Shown: in pieces, positions 1 to 14,560 of the stretch
How the letters are laid out: each line of letters starts with the position of its first letter
Numbering within the stretch: the first letter of the stretch is position 1
Source of the DNA: Octopus vulgaris
Lineage: Eukaryota
Length of the DNA stretch: 64,000 nt
Direction: 5' to 3'
Assembly (NCBI GenBank): GCA_951406725.2
Contig: OX597822.1
Location: forward strand, 89,404,001 to 89,468,000
The notes under the pieces: generated by a model
The model's database searches: none
Told to the model about the DNA's origin: nothing
The model's input: only the letters and a program-made list of their open reading frames with translations
Made by a program: the position numbers and the translations under genes

Positions 1-440
<440 letters not shown>

Positions 441-1350
441 TAATCGTGATGTCGTAGGAGAGAAATGTGTCTGCATGGATGATGGTTCACTAGCACTAAA
501 CGAGGCTGCAAAGAGAGAGGTTTGGAGACGCCTCTATGAAAAGTTGCTCAATAAAGAGAATGAATGGGAGAAAGAGAGTCTGCCGCATGTCGACCCAACA
601 GAGGGACCAACTATCCGAATTGACAGTACCTTGGTAGATAAAGCAATTAAGAGTATGAAAACAGGGAAAGCCCCCAGCAGAGATGCTCAAAATATCTGGC
701 GGTATTGGCTATAGCCTAGTCACCCATATAGTTAACCAGGTGATACATGAAGGAGTCATAACCCAATGACTGGTGTAGCAGCACCATAGTCAACTGCTAC
801 AAAGGTAAAGGTGATGTGTTAGGTACAAATAATTACAGAGGTATCAAGTTGTTGGATCAGGTAATGAAGGTCATGGAGAGGGTCATAGCCCAACTAATTA
901 GGGAGAGAATCAGTTTAGATGAGATGCAGTTTGAGTTTATGCCAGAGAAAAGCACCACTGATGCCATATTTCTGGAAAGACAGCTGCAGGAGTAATACCT
1001 AGCCAAAGATAAACCTCTGTACCTGGCTTTCGTTGATATAGAGAAAGCCTTTGACAGGGTCCTCCAATCCCTTATCTGGTGGTCAATGAGGAAACTAGGG
1101 ATAGATGAATGGTTAGTGAGAGCTGTGCATGCCATGTACAGGGACGCTGTCAGTGAAGTGAGGGTTGGCAACAAGTACAGTGAAGAATTCCAGGTAGAGG
1201 TAGGGGTCCACCAAGGTTCAGTCCTCAGCCCCTTCCTATTTCTCATAGTCCTCCAAGCAATAACAGAGGAATTCAAGACAGGATGCCCCTGGAAGCTCCT
1301 CTATGCTGACAACCTTGCTCTAATTGCTGAGTCACTATCAGAACTAGTCA
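441..1350 (+). mobile_element. RTE-clade LINE fragment (linker + reverse transcriptase), degenerate
   Basis: ORFs 430-714 (WRRLYEKLLN...KAIKSMKTGKAP) and 1086-1385 (GVHQGSVLSPFLF...LLYADNL). The YRGIKLL and AFVDIEKAFD motifs lie between them, with stops and frameshifts. Confidence 0.9.
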
Positions 1351-1790
1351 ACTGCTACAAAAGTAAATGCAGGCTTAATTTCTAAAAATTTCCTTGTCAC
1401 CTACAAAATGTTCATATCACCTGCCAAAATTTCAAATCGCCCACCATTTTCAAGAAATTCACCCACCTGTAAATTGAAATCGCCCACCGGTGGGAAGCTG
1501 TGTGTATTAAAAAAAGTAAATAAAAATTAAGGGGTAGATAAGTAGTAAAAGACGCAAAGGGACATTGAGTATTCGGTAGCATAGGGAGAGTCTCAAGAAA
1601 GTGTTTTTTGGTCGAAGTACCTAACCGAGCATATAATAACATCGGTATCCTCAATGGTGGTACCTACACGAACGAGGTGATTATACACCAACATTTTGCT
1701 GATCCTTATGCTCAAGATGTTCGCAAGCAAAATGTGGAAAAGACATTTGTTCACTTTCTGACGGCGATCGCCTAACTCTATGCTGTATAA

Positions 1791-2108
1791 GGTCCAGATG
1801 GAGGATATGTAAACGGAACCCTTCCCCACTTGATTTTTAATTTTTTTATGGAAATCCAAGTTTTAGGCTTTGGAGATTTACTTTTACAAACATTTTTTTT
1901 TTTCAGAATCATTATCTCCGTATTTTTGTACGTATTTCACAAAAAAAGGGGGTGGGGGAAAGTGGAAATGAAGAAATAGGAAAGTGGGGGATTGAAATGT
2001 TGAAGTTGCGATTTTCGAAAATCTCCATAGCCTAAAATGAAATTCCGTAAAAAAAAAAAAAAATTGGGAGGGGAGAAGATTTCCGTCTACTTATCCTCCA
2101 TCTGGACC
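1791..2108. mobile_element. MITE-like element with ~60-bp terminal inverted repeats
   Basis: ggtccagatggaggatatgtaaacggaa (1791) pairs with ttccgtctacttatcctccatctggacc (ends 2108); the similarity extends through the T/A tracts. No TSD identified. Confidence 0.6.
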
Positions 2109-3248
2109 GGAGACAAAAGCTTGAGAGAAAGTTTTCACTGTTTCAGCTGTGAAACATTCCAGTATAGCACATATTAAGAGTCCATTCGGACGAACAAGAG
2201 TAAATTTCAAGAGGGAAAACCTCTTTTTAGGATCGGTGTGAATTAGAAAATGAAGGGTAATATCATTTAAGGTGATTGTTCAGTATAGTTATATATTAAG
2301 GGGGAAATAAGTGGTAAAAGAAGCAACTTTTGGTAAGTTATAGAACTCAGTGGGTATTTGGCCCCTCGTATCATTAATAATACCTGATTGGTAAACAGAT
2401 ACATCATTTATTTTGTATATATTTTCCAATTTCAAAACTTTTTTTTTAATTGCATTTCATTTTCTTGGAGAGGAGCGTTTCTAAAGAAGCGCTGAAAAAA
2501 AAAATACATAGAATTATAACACTGCACACTAGTGATATATAGGTATAAGTTTTTTTGTGTTTTTTTTACAGAGTCGAGCAGTGTCTGCACCATATATTTT
2601 ACTCTCTGCATGTCAGGAACCAGTTCAAACTTTATTTCTGCTCGCCGTCTAAATCATGGCTGTTTAACGATTAAGACGCGATGTTTAATATTAGGTAAAG
2701 ACAGTATACATCTATCAACGTCATTCGACATTATGCCGCATTTTTCTACTCAATACGAAGTAAGATATCTATTATTTACTATTGTAGAAAGGAATTAATG
2801 ATAGGATATAATTCACAACACTGCTCTACGCGGGGCACGGCTTTGAAGAAATAGCAGCCGTAATCTTTTTGTAGCTATCACACCATATGGAAAGAAAAGG
2901 AGTTTTTTTTCCTTAATTTTTTAGTACTCCTTTCTTTCATGCAACAGCAATTACAATTCAGAAAAAAAATTATAAAACTTATTTAAAAGATTTTGGTTTC
3001 CTTCTTCGGTGACAGCTAAGTGTCTTCGGACGTCAGTTCCACTCGATCAGGATTGACTTGGAGGCTAGTCAGCAATAAAATACTAACAGTGTCAAATAAA
3101 CAACAGAACAGAATTCTTCCGCAGTTGGCAAACTACGACTGAAATCACTTTTTCAAACGTTAGGAACTACTGAAGGAAATATCTGTTATACAAAAAACTG
3201 ATTTTACAAACGTAAAATAGAAAATTACCCGAATCTATATCAACTTAC

Positions 3249-3380
3249 CGTTTTCAGTTGTAAACAGTGAATCAAAATATTCTACCTTTTTACCAAATTA
3301 CCAAAAATATTTTTCGACTGGGATTTTCAAGGGTTTTATCTACTTAAAATTCAGACAAATATTTTTATATCTTCTACGGG
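3249..3380 (-). other. Putative non-coding first exon of the ZNF pseudogene unit
   Basis: acttac|cg at 3243-3250 is a CG|GTAAGT donor on the minus strand. The following sequence is similar to 20217-20400 and 33075-33250, and intronic block 2400-2495 matches 19742-19827. Confidence 0.55.
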
Positions 3381-3719
3381 TTTTATGGACGGGGAGTTAT
3401 CTCCCTTAATGGCGTATGACATGAACTGTTGGGGAATGTAAATGGTGATCTTTTGGAATACGCAGGAGAAAAGTTTCTGCCCTGAGGTTCCCTGAGCAAA
3501 TGTGTCAGTATAACGTATATTTCATCGGCCACACAGGCAGAGAAACTTTCAGTGACATAACTGCTGTGCTTCGTACCTTGTTGAAAAAGGGGTAGAGATT
3601 TAACTGGACTTACGATTGTGAGTTCGCAGTAGAGAAGTAGAAATATGCCCCAGCGAATGGAAAAGTTATGGGCGCTTTTTCGTCGGAACTTGAAATCCAA
3701 CTAACAGTAGACATAGATG

Positions 3720-5257
3720 TAGAAGGTGTGGCTTCCACAGTTATGCAGCGTTACCTGCAAACAAGTAAATGAAGACCTATCAACTCCACAAGTCGATCAG
3801 TTTCCGTCAGAGGAGAACTACTCCCCTGTCAGTGGCGAGAGCCTTGCCACCATAACAGGAATTCTTGCCAGTAAGGTGTTTCAGTATGGGATACAGTTTA
3901 TTCTAATCACTAACCATCAGCCACTGCTATTGTAGAACAATCCAAGATATGACAGACCAGCAGACATTAACAATTGCCCGGTAAAACTACAAGGTTTAAA
4001 TTTTGTTGTCAAGTACGAGCTTGGGCGATTCGATGCCTACGACTACCAAAGCCGCCACTCATCCTCTCAACAATCTCAGTGGACCATTTGATTCCAAAGC
4101 TTCATAAAGTATTAAGCACCCATAGAATTCCAGAGGTGATAGAAAATGATAATGGACTGCTGCTCACCCCCACCAGCACTACCTTCCAGTGAGAGGAATT
4201 CAGGAAATATGCCAAATGGCAAGATTTCATACATAGGTAAATTGATCCACAACAACCTGAGAGCAATGGACTTGCCAAAACCTTTATGCGGATGTTGGGT
4301 AAAGTAGCCCACATTTCTTACATTGAGGAACAGGACCCCAGACATGCAGTCCACAACTTTCTGTTGCAACTCTACAGTACAACTAGTATCAGTCCAGCTG
4401 AACGAGCTTGTTTAATCACACAGTATCAGCCAATGTGCTCCGTGTGAAATCAGCATTAACAGGAGCAATGCACAATCAGATCATCCAGCATGATTCAGAT
4501 GCTAAACCAAGAAAAAAAACTTTAATAAATGGAACCATTCCACTGAGCACCAAATACGTGTTGACAACCAGATGCTCATTAAACAGGAAAACTTTAACAA
4601 CTGACCCTCCCTTCAATGCCCAACCCTTCACAGTAACTGAAATCAAAGGCTAGATGATCGCAGGGACACTGGCCAATGAGAAACTCACCTGCGATGCATT
4701 GAAGTTGAAACACTGTCTGGACAGACCAGCACAAGTGTACCCTGAAGGAGGAAAGGCAGAGGAATACATGTCATAGTAATGAAGAGGATCTGGGCCTGCC
4801 AATCACAAACCATCTACTGGGAGCCAAAACACAACCTGTGAATGCATTGACAGATGTAAGTCAGCGAGTGGTGCCAGAACTTTGATGCAGCAATAGACAT
4901 TATTGACCTCCTCCTTACCTAAGTGACTGTGTTTGGAAATGAGATGGGTAGAGGTGTGATATTTGGAAATGTGCTACAGATTTTATAGATAGGAAGTTGT
5001 ATCCATTGCCGGGCATTAACAGCACGACAGGAACTGTGAGAGAAAGGTGGTCTCCTGGAATGCAGGAGGTAGAGTCTGCCATGAGATTACCCATGGTACA
5101 GCAGAACTTGGAAATTTATACACAATGTTCATGTAGCATCCTTTCCTCAAGGCACAATTTTACCCAGATAACAGTCTAGTTGTCTGTTATTTATTGATGT
5201 GAATCCACTCCTACAAGCTAAGAAGTCGTTTAAGCCATTGCTTTGCATCTTGTTACA
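3720..5257 (+). mobile_element. Gypsy/Ty3 LTR retrotransposon remnant (RNase H, integrase, probable 3' LTR 4955-5257)
   Basis: EENYSPVSGESLA...YGIQFILITNHQPL is RNase H-like; HRIPEVIENDNG and PESNGLAKTF are integrase core motifs. A purine tract gagatgggtagagg precedes TGTGAT...TGTTACA. Confidence 0.75.
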
Positions 5258-5794
5258 ATGAAATATTAAAGATGTCTTTAGCTGCAATTCTACTACAAAA
5301 TGTATGCAAGTATTTAGTGAATGAATGAATTAATTAATCTGTCCATGTGTGTGTGTGTGGATGTGTATGTGTTACTCGAAAGACACCTGTTGTTATGTCC
5401 TGTTATTATTTTTATTGTATTTGTGTAACTTTGTCCATTTTTTTCCGTCCTTGTTTTTGTATACATTCACTGCTTTCTTCCAGGGAATCTAATGCTCTTA
5501 GCTTAGTTTTTCCTTGGAGCTGGCCAGATTGGAGCAATTTTGAGTATAATCAGCCGAAATTGCAAAGATAATCTGGTACTCAACTGAGGAAAGAAAACTT
5601 CGAATGACCCGTCCTTGGTTTCTTTGTATCGTCTATCTGGATATTTTGTTGTCTTATTTTTGTATCACCTAACTGTCTGGATGTTTTGTGTTCTTGTCCC
5701 ATTTTGTATTTTTTATATGTATACATATCTATCCATCTCTACCAATCCAACTAGCCATATGTGGATCCATCTATCAAACTATCTATTAGTACTT

Positions 5795-6722
5795 TTGCAT
5801 TTTGAAAACCTCTTTGAAAGTGATGAGAAGTAGCTTCTCTATTATCATGTCTTCATGGAAATAATAATGTGTTGCACCCTGCAAATGTGGATAATGCAGC
5901 TCTACGCCAGTTATGCTCTGTGTTTGTGAAGAAGGAAAGGCAAAAATAAGAATGCTCTTACCTCTAAACAAAATCACATCAGAATATTCAGCTTTGCTTC
6001 AGAAGGATCAGCAGAATGTGTTGGTTGCACCTACATGTGTACACTTCCCCAACATCTGGCCAGAAACTACTCTCCCTCTGAGATCCCTTCTACACATCTG
6101 TTCACCTCAACATCTTGATAAAGAAAGAGGATGTTCAAATGCCCTGATTCTTGATGTACTGTTACTTCCACTCATTTTTGGTCCTGATGTCTCCTCTAAC
6201 TCTCTCCACAGTTCGGTTGGATATGAAGTTTGTTGCCTATCATAAAGTTTTAAATCAAACTGAAACATTCATGCAGAAAAATATTGTTGCATTGCACAAA
6301 AATTTGCAGAAAATGTACTTATCATTGGTCAGTCATAAAGGGATGTTGCTCTTACATGAGAAATCAGTGCCACATATTGCCTAAGTCACTCAGGGAAAAA
6401 TCATGGCACTAAATATGAAAAATTTTATTTCATCCTCCTTGCTCTCCTGATTTTCATATATCTGACTATCATCTTTTCATATCATTGCAATATTATTTAG
6501 AGAGAAGAGTTTACTATTTGTGAAGAGCTTAAAAATTATACTGCTTCTTTACTTCATAATATGAAGAATGCTATGTGTGAGGGATCACCAATTTGCCAAA
6601 TAGATGCGATTTAAGTCATCAATAGTAAGGGGAACTATTTTCTTGATTATCAGTTAAGACCAAAGAAGCATTCATTTCTTTTCTTTCCTGAAATGCCTCC
6701 GCACTTTCTTGTGAACCTAATG
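5795..6722 (+). mobile_element. Degenerate mariner transposase (interrupted ~5860-6205)
   Basis: SDEK*LLY, VRLDMKFVAYHKVL, KGMLLLHEKSVPHIA (HDNARPH-like), SDYHLF motif, and a TIR-like end at ~6700-6722. A related copy lies at 21280-23080. Confidence 0.7.
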
Positions 6723-6834
6723 TCTCTCTCTATGTGAGAGTGGGTGTCTATGTATTTATAAATGTGAATGTATGTAAGTATCTCTCTCTCTCTATGTGTG
6801 TGTATAATCATCATTTAATGTCCATCTTTCATGC

Positions 6835-7000
6835 TGGATTAGGTCATGAAAGTTACTGAGAGAGTTATAGCCCAATTGATTAGAAATAGAATTAAACTAG
6901 ATGAGATGCAGTTTGATTTTTGTCTGGGAAGAGTACCACAGATGCCATCTTCTTTGTGATACAGCTGCAGAAGTATTTGGCCAAAAGTATACCATTGTCT
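6835..7000 (+). mobile_element. RTE LINE RT fragment
   Basis: Similar to 860-1020 (gatgagatgcagtttga...ccacagatgccat...cagctgcag). Confidence 0.75.
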
Positions 7001-7242
7001 CAATGACTGAAACCGGTACTAAAATGTTTTTTATGATAAAATTATTTTAGCATTTTCTACCTTGACTTTTTTTCCTTATATATATATATAAGTATATGAT
7101 TTAACTTCTAAAACAAAGTTCAATCATATTTTTCATAAATGGAGGAGATTACATGTTAATATGGATTGAAATTATTTTTATTCATGTAGCTATTTGATCG
7201 TTTCATTCAGAAAGGCAATAAATTCGTTTTAAGAATCTGGGT

Positions 7243-7670
7243 TGGCAAAATGTCACTTTTCAAAAAATTGTTTGAATTTCTTTTTATCATTGTCTTGCGA
7301 GAAAGAGGGTGTGTGTGTGGGGTCTGTGTATCTGAAAGGAGTGTCAATGGAAAAAGGAAGGAGGAGAGAAAGAAGAAAAAAAATGTGTTTACATCTTTGT
7401 AGTTGGTCAGTCTTTCAATAGTAAATGATTCTTGGCTTTTAGAAATGGCAAACCCAGCTGGTCAGTCTTCCAATAGTAAATGATTCTTGGCTTTTAGAAA
7501 TGGCAAACCCAGCTGGTCACTTCAAGAGAGGGGGGGGGGGGCAAATGTCACTTGTCAGCGATTTGGCTGGATTTCTTTTTATCATTGTTTTGTGAGAGAG
7601 AGTATGTGTGTGTGTATCTGAAAGGAGTGTCAATGGAAAAGAGAAGGGAAGAAAAAATTGTGTTGACATC
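7243..7670. repeat. Nested local direct duplications
   Basis: 7243-7400 resembles 7541-7670. Between them is a ~55-bp tandem pair (ggtcagtc...aatagtaaatgattcttggcttttagaaatggcaaacccagct x2, 7405-7519). Confidence 0.8.
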
Positions 7671-10600
7671 TATACCGCTGTTCAGTTCTTTCAATCCAAT
7701 GTTTGATTCCTGTGCTGACATGGGTTGGAGAATCTGGATGAAAGATTGTTTTTATTTGTGTATATGTACATATGTATAGTACTGTGTGTGTTTAATACAA
7801 TTTACTTTACAAAATTGGTCCTTCATCTAGTACAAATTATTATAGAAATATTTTCAGCCATCCAATATTGAATTTCTTGTAACAAAGTCACAATTTCCAA
7901 GTATATTATAAAAGACTCCATAGAGTTAAAACATGATTGTTAAAAGTTTCCAGTTACAATAAAGAAGTTGTCAATTGTTGATGAAGTAGTCTGCAAAAGA
8001 CTCTCATAACAACGTCCATTCTGGTCATATACCAATCTTGGTTGCTGAATATATGCAGAAACAATTGCTGCTGCCAAGTTGTCTATAACTAATCTCATTT
8101 TTAATTATCCTATCACACACCCAGACTATCTCAATGACTTCATCCATTTCTCAGGAAATACTCCATCCCACACCCAATCTCCGTACTTCTCTCACAGAAG
8201 AATTATCGTGCTTTTTCTTTCCTGTGAGGAGTTTATCTGGGACTACCTTCCATCTTTCCACTTGCACACTATACATTATTATCATTTAATGTACATTCAC
8301 CACACTAGCAGCAGAGAATTTTTTTTTACTATAGACATAGTAAGGTGAGAGGATGAAGTATGATGATGAGATAAACAGATTTTAGATGTGACAGGGTAAT
8401 AGGAAAGTTACAATATATTTATTTTAATGTTGTCTGATTTTCTGAAACAAAGAAACTATAAGCTATAGAGGGTGTTTATAAGAGTAGACTACATCATGTC
8501 TGTAAATATAAGCATTTATTTGAACAAATGTACCAATCCTTTGTATCCATTTCCTTTCAAGGATATGATAGGGTGTAATTTGAGGGAAAGTTGGGCATCA
8601 TTACTAGCAGGGTGAGCAATCAGATTCCCCATTCCTGAACTAATAAACACACCCATTCCTTCTTTCCTAATCACTGGCTTTTCTCATTTCTTTCCTGCAG
8701 GTGTTGTATTTGAACTACTCAGGAGGGACATTAATGGCACAAAACTCACCTGCAAAGACACCAAGTCCTGCATATATCTGAAGATAAAGCATCTAAAACA
8801 GAAAACCTCATCAGCATATTGTTGCCTCTGTGGACAGCTATTATGGCTTGGAAGACCACAATGAACGAGAAAGAAGGACTTACCACTAGTAGACCCCTAC
8901 CTGTCTGCTAGGCTCATTGTACAGAGATTCATTAATGAATCTCTGTACATAGTTTCTAAAGGCCTCGATACGCATTTCCCAAACCTCTGGCTTTCTAAGC
9001 AACCAATGGCCCACAGGAAAGCGGGGTCTTGTCATCCAACCAATGTATAGACTTACAACTAGCTAAGTATTTCTTCTGCTGTTAATAACAAGAAATATGA
9101 CTGCAGTGATGTTTCTCACACAAAGCCCCATGGCATCTTTAGGTTAATTCTCTAATAGTTGCAATAACTATCAGAATCTTTTGCAACAATGATACTTCTG
9201 AAATGTCCTCTCTTGTTCCTTGTTTTTTTCCTGTAGCAGTTACCAGTTAAAATGTCAGTTATTAATTACAACACTTCCCTATACCACCAGATCCAGAAGT
9301 CTCTTTCTCATTGACCTGTTGCTTTCATTACCTTCATATCCCTAATTACTTTGCTGTCAACTTGAAGTAGACTCTCACTCTGCTGGCATTCTGCATTTAC
9401 ATATATAAAAGTCTACTTTATAATGTCTCAGTGTATCTTCTCCACCTCTTTTCATCATAAGTTTTTCATGCTTCCCTTGCTAACTATCCCTGAAGCATAA
9501 CTTCTCTTTAACTATTCAATATTTTTTTTCTGTCCCTCCACTTCCCAACATATCCTTCAACTATTATTGCTCTATCTATAGTATTATTTCACTAAAATAT
9601 ATCTTCCTTCTGGTTAGGATCACATACAAGCAATATATGTAGGCAGCATCTTCTAGTCAGTCATTCTGTAGAAACTGTCAATTTTTTTCTTTATGTCCAC
9701 CTCCCTCTGTTATGATCATTAGCTCATATTTTTCTAAATATATGACCAGCCAAGGGCTCTTTCACTCTCGACATCTTTTTGCCATATTGTCTTTCATTTC
9801 TAAGTTTGTCTAGCTCCCTGTTTCGAAGAAACTATTTCTCAACTATGGTGAGTGGCATATTTTCAAGAGGGAAAGACTTGGTATTTTCAACCATTCACTT
9901 ATTCACATGTTTTAACAAGAATAAAATCTATCTTGCTTCTGGTTTTACCTAATTCATAGTTGATAAAATGGTTGGCCAGTTTCCTGAAGTCTGTGGTGCA
10001 GATGGTGATGTTATTTGTATCACAGAATTCTGATGTCTTGATTACTCCACATTTATTGTACTATATCAACATGAATTCCAGAGAAGCTATCATGATGTGG
10101 CTAGGATATCTTTTGAAATGGTCAGCAGTAATTATGTTATTTTAACAGGTAATATATTGTCAGGCATTATAAATATGATCCCTCTATTTCTCCACCAGTT
10201 CTTATTATGTAACAACCAAGATACCAGTTACTGTCTAATATTTTGAATATTTTATGGGATACTGTTATTACCTTTATTACAATTCTGCTCACACCATTGC
10301 TATTTGCTCACTCCTGAAGTAGTAAAAGAGAGCTTTGGTGGAGGGGCAGGCAAATTTAATTACTTTTTTCTAGCTGAAATAAAAGTTTGTACAGATACTT
10401 CCCATACAGAACCAGATATGTTCAATTTGATTTGCATTGCACTCCCTCACTCTTCACCAAACAATAAATAGAACATGGGGTGTACCATATCTTTACTAGA
10501 GTTATGAACAAGGAAACGTAAATACATATACTCCAAGGTATGCACACAGGTGAGGGTTGGCAACAAAAAGTGTGTCAAACTGTAGAAAATCTTTCTCAAC

Positions 10601-12630
10601 AAGCCTCATCTAACCCATGCAAGCATAGAAGAGTTTAAGTTAAATGATAATGATGACATTTCTCAGTAGCTCAGCCACAATTTCTTCCATCTTTTTCAGC
10701 ATAAGAATGAACCTCTTTATAACATCTGCTGATTAAGAAGTCCAAGGACCAACAATGTCCTAAAAGGCACTTCATGGACGATCTTACAGTGACAACCACA
10801 ACTCATGGAGTTGGAACAGGTGCATGAAAAATCTGTGAGTATGGTAACCAGGGTAGGCAAAATAATAAACAGGGTCAAGCTGCAAGTGCAAGGAGAGGTT
10901 ATTTCATCAATAGAGGGAAAATCCAATCAAATACAGAAGCAATGTCACAATACTGTGAAACACAGAAATGCTGAGGATAGAAAGATCAGGGCTCCCAGGA
11001 AAATACAAGGCATGGCTCTACCAACACTGAGTGCTCCCAACTGTATGAGATTCCAAAAATAAGGGGAGAAACAAGTATCTCTGAAGGTGGTTGGGTATCC
11101 CTCGAAGCTGCACTTCAATATGCCTGTACATGAGCAGGGCCAGATTTATGGGGGTGCCAAGGGTGCAATTGCCCTGGGAACCCCTTTCTACGAAGGATAT
11201 GGTGCATTACAAGAAGTTCCTTCAACTTCTTGTCAATCTTGTATGAAGAGGCTGTCTTTCAAATTACAAACATCTCAAATTCTTTAAAAAATGTAATAGA
11301 ATCTCTTTAATTATAAATAACCATAAACTTTTCCATTTTAGCAACAACATTACAAAAAAAACCCAGTTTGTTACCAGTCCCCAAAGTAGCTAAATTTTTT
11401 CTGCTTTAGCGACATAAGACCCCATACAATTTCTTTCTGAGGATTGGTGTCACTATGATAGATAAAAGGAAAAGAATCTACCACTCCTGAAAATGTATAT
11501 TTGCATGTATGTATATCTGTACAATGCGTATTCGTGTGTATGAATGTATATAAAGAAATAGATTGAAAGAAAGAAAGAAGTTCAAATTCCTTGTTTCAAT
11601 GCATGAGTGAGCAATGACCTATGGCAAATAAAGGCACACACATATAAATTGTTACTTGTGAACTACATTATTTCAATGAGGCATTGAAAAACTGGTCTTA
11701 TTTTACAAAAGAACAAGTAAGGAATGTTCCAAAATTTAACTTTTGAATTTTGTTTTAATTATCAAATTACATCTCTCAACAACTCAGAGCATTTTTTATT
11801 TTTCAGTTTCAGAATTATTGCATTTGTGTTCACAAGTTTTTCATTAAATCAAATCTTTTTCTTTCTTTCTTTTTCAATATTTTTTGTCAGGGTAGAATTG
11901 GTAACCAGGGCAAAATGAGAAATTACCAGTTTCTCATTAATTTTTTACTACTTGTTTGAAACCATTACATTGTAAGTATTGAATCACTATTTTATACTGT
12001 TGCATTATCTTTAGGAGTAAACATTAGTCACCATAGATGCTGTTGTATTGCGTTAGTGAGAGTTTGAAACATAGTCAGGTAACAGGTACTTTTTTTACAA
12101 GAAATGTTCCCTCAACTTTGACCCATTTGTACTTGAAGTTGCCAATAAATATCTAAATATATTTTTTTCTGTTGGATTGCACATTAATTTTTCCCACATT
12201 AATGTCCAATTTGATAATTTTCAATTTTCAAAAAAGTCTAAATTGGGGCAAAATGAGTAATGACTAATTTTAATAATTTCTTAATGACATGGTGCATAAA
12301 TACATCAAGAAAAGAATCCGGTGGAATTTCTGTGAATTCGTATTCTACACACAGATATTCATACGACCATGCAAAAATATTTTTTTGCATGATTTAAGAG
12401 CTATTTAGCTGTTATTTTTAGCACATCTCACAACCACCTGGTACCTTCCGCGTTTGTTTGTCATTCTGACATATTGATGTTCTTCAATAGTTTTCTTCCC
12501 ATAAACATATTTAACCATCTCTTGCTGGGATTTAAGTAAAAAATTCAGACTGTCCGTATTTTAAACTGTAATTTTTTAAAAATTTGAAGAATGAGTAATA
12601 TTTACAGCATTTTTCATTTTGAGAAAAAAA

Positions 12631-12762
12631 GGAGTGGCTGTGTGGTAAGAAGCTTGCTTCCCAACCACATGGTTCCGGGTTCAGTTCCACTGCGTGGTAC
12701 CTTAGGCAAGTGTCTTCTACTATAGCCTCGGGCCAACCAAAGCCTTGTGGGTGGATTTGGTG
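12631..12762 (+). mobile_element. tRNA-derived SINE, 5' part
   Basis: ggagtggctgtgtggtaag A-box and ggttcagttcc B-box-like motif; matches the SINE at 25719. Confidence 0.85.
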
Positions 12763-13680
12763 ACCAGGAGGAAGAAAGGTCAAGAGGTGAGGAGCTAGTA
12801 TCCCTGGAGTTCCAAAAGGGTCACATGGACTGACCTATGGTGATTAAAACCTTGCTACATTTCCCTACTGCAGACAGTGTTATGGCACACTCCCATTACC
12901 AACAAACCTGCACAGAAGGAGAGTGAAAGGGGATCAGCGATGTAGACTTTGTGGAGTGAGCAGCACCCTGGAACATGTCAGGGAGCAAAACAGCATTTAT
13001 TCAAGGGGACCATCTTAAGGTGCTTGCAACAATCACTCACAGCATGGAACAGGAAAGATGCAAGAAACACTAATAGTGAAGACAGCAAAAAAATAAATAA
13101 ATAAATAAAGACAAGCAGTCTACTACAGGGGGCCCAGTTAGAGGATATAAAAGTAGAACTGGGAGGAAAGATTGCAACTTGCCTGGATTTTTCAGACAAG
13201 CCTGAGGCCAGATGTGTTGGGATCTGAAAAGAAAATAATAAAAATACCTGGATCCAGCACAGTCCTTTGAGAGGTAGGTTGCAGTCAAGCCTTTGAATGG
13301 GAGCAAGCCTACAACTATTCTTTGTTGAGGTTGGCTGAAGGGGATCCCCTTCCCAGTTAGTATGGAGGGTGCTTAGTCATTGGAATTAGAGCGAAGGAGT
13401 AAAAGGTAGCTGTGAACAGAATGGGAGAGGCAGTTGGTTATGAATTCAAGAGCAAGGAGTTAAGCTGGAAGCGAGGAAGAGATGGTGTGCAATAGATTGG
13501 CCATATTTGCAGACCAACCGTCAGGAGCAGGTTATGATTCAGAGTTAAAACATCAAATGACCATTGGATACTGTATGATGACATCAGTTTCTCCTGGTCA
13601 AAGTTGCATTCAACAAAGGTGAATAGAAAAATAAGCATCTTCTTTTAGGTGTTAACAATGACATTCCTTCCAGAAATCAG
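12762..13680. repeat. Segmental-duplication block downstream of ZNF gene A (paralog 26437-27388)
   Basis: Collinear similarity from gaccaggaggaagaaaggtcaagag to acattccttccagaaatcag in both places. Confidence 0.85.
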
Positions 13681-13687
13681 AGTGAAT

Positions 13688-14548
13688 AGGTGGTTTGATC
13701 AGTAAGTAACCGTACTGTTGTCATAGTAATGAAGTTAAAGCCCACAGAGTGAAGCTGCTTGGCACAGACTGACCTTGACATCTGCTGTGCATGTGCACTA
13801 AGTTTTAATGTTCTAGCTCACTTCCACTGTTTACAGCAGTGCTTGGAAGTAACATGTGTAGCGTGTGTTCATTACATTGACCATGACAGAGTGAGTTGAG
13901 CAGAGAATTTGCATCAAATTTTGTCAAAAGCTTGACGATACCTGCTCAGAAGCTTACACAAAATTTTTTTAAAGTTTTCATTGTTCTTGACAATCAATGG
14001 GATTTTGTGCAATTAAAACCCAAGTGACTTTTTGGTTAACTGAAAGCAATTTTGGCACAAACTTGGCAGACATGCATCTCATACCCAAATCTTCATGGAG
14101 AAAACTGAATCGTAACTAATATGCACATCCTCTAATAACTCATGAATGGTAATTCAATGATTTCCCCTCACAGCTGCATGCACATCTGTGATGTTTTTCT
14201 GTTCTGCTGCTTGCAGGTGTCCCAGAACATTTGTCACTATCGACATTTTTTTCAGCCATCTTGGTAAGGTCTGAACCACTCATACACTTGTGCACAGCCC
14301 ATACACTTTCTGCAACTTTGTGCAGATCTCTGAGCAGGTATCACCATGACAACGTTTTCTGTCATGGTCAATGCAACAATCACATTACTTCAAAGCACTG
14401 CTGTAAACAGCAGAAGTGAGCTAGAATGTTAAAACTTAGTGCACATGCCCAGCAGAGATCAAGGTCAATCTGTGCCAAGCGGCTTTACTCTGCATGCTTT
14501 AGCTTCATCACTATGGCAACAATACAAATACTTATTGATCAGACCTCA
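13688..14548. mobile_element. Mariner-derived foldback element made of two inverted 5' ends
   Basis: ggtttgatcagtaagta...cattgaccatgacaga (13692-13890) is the reverse complement of 14357-14548. Both arms run into an ATG ACA GA start of an HTH-like region. The element is absent from the paralogous site at ~27388-27410. Confidence 0.8.
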
Positions 14549-14560
14549 GAAATAATGTTT

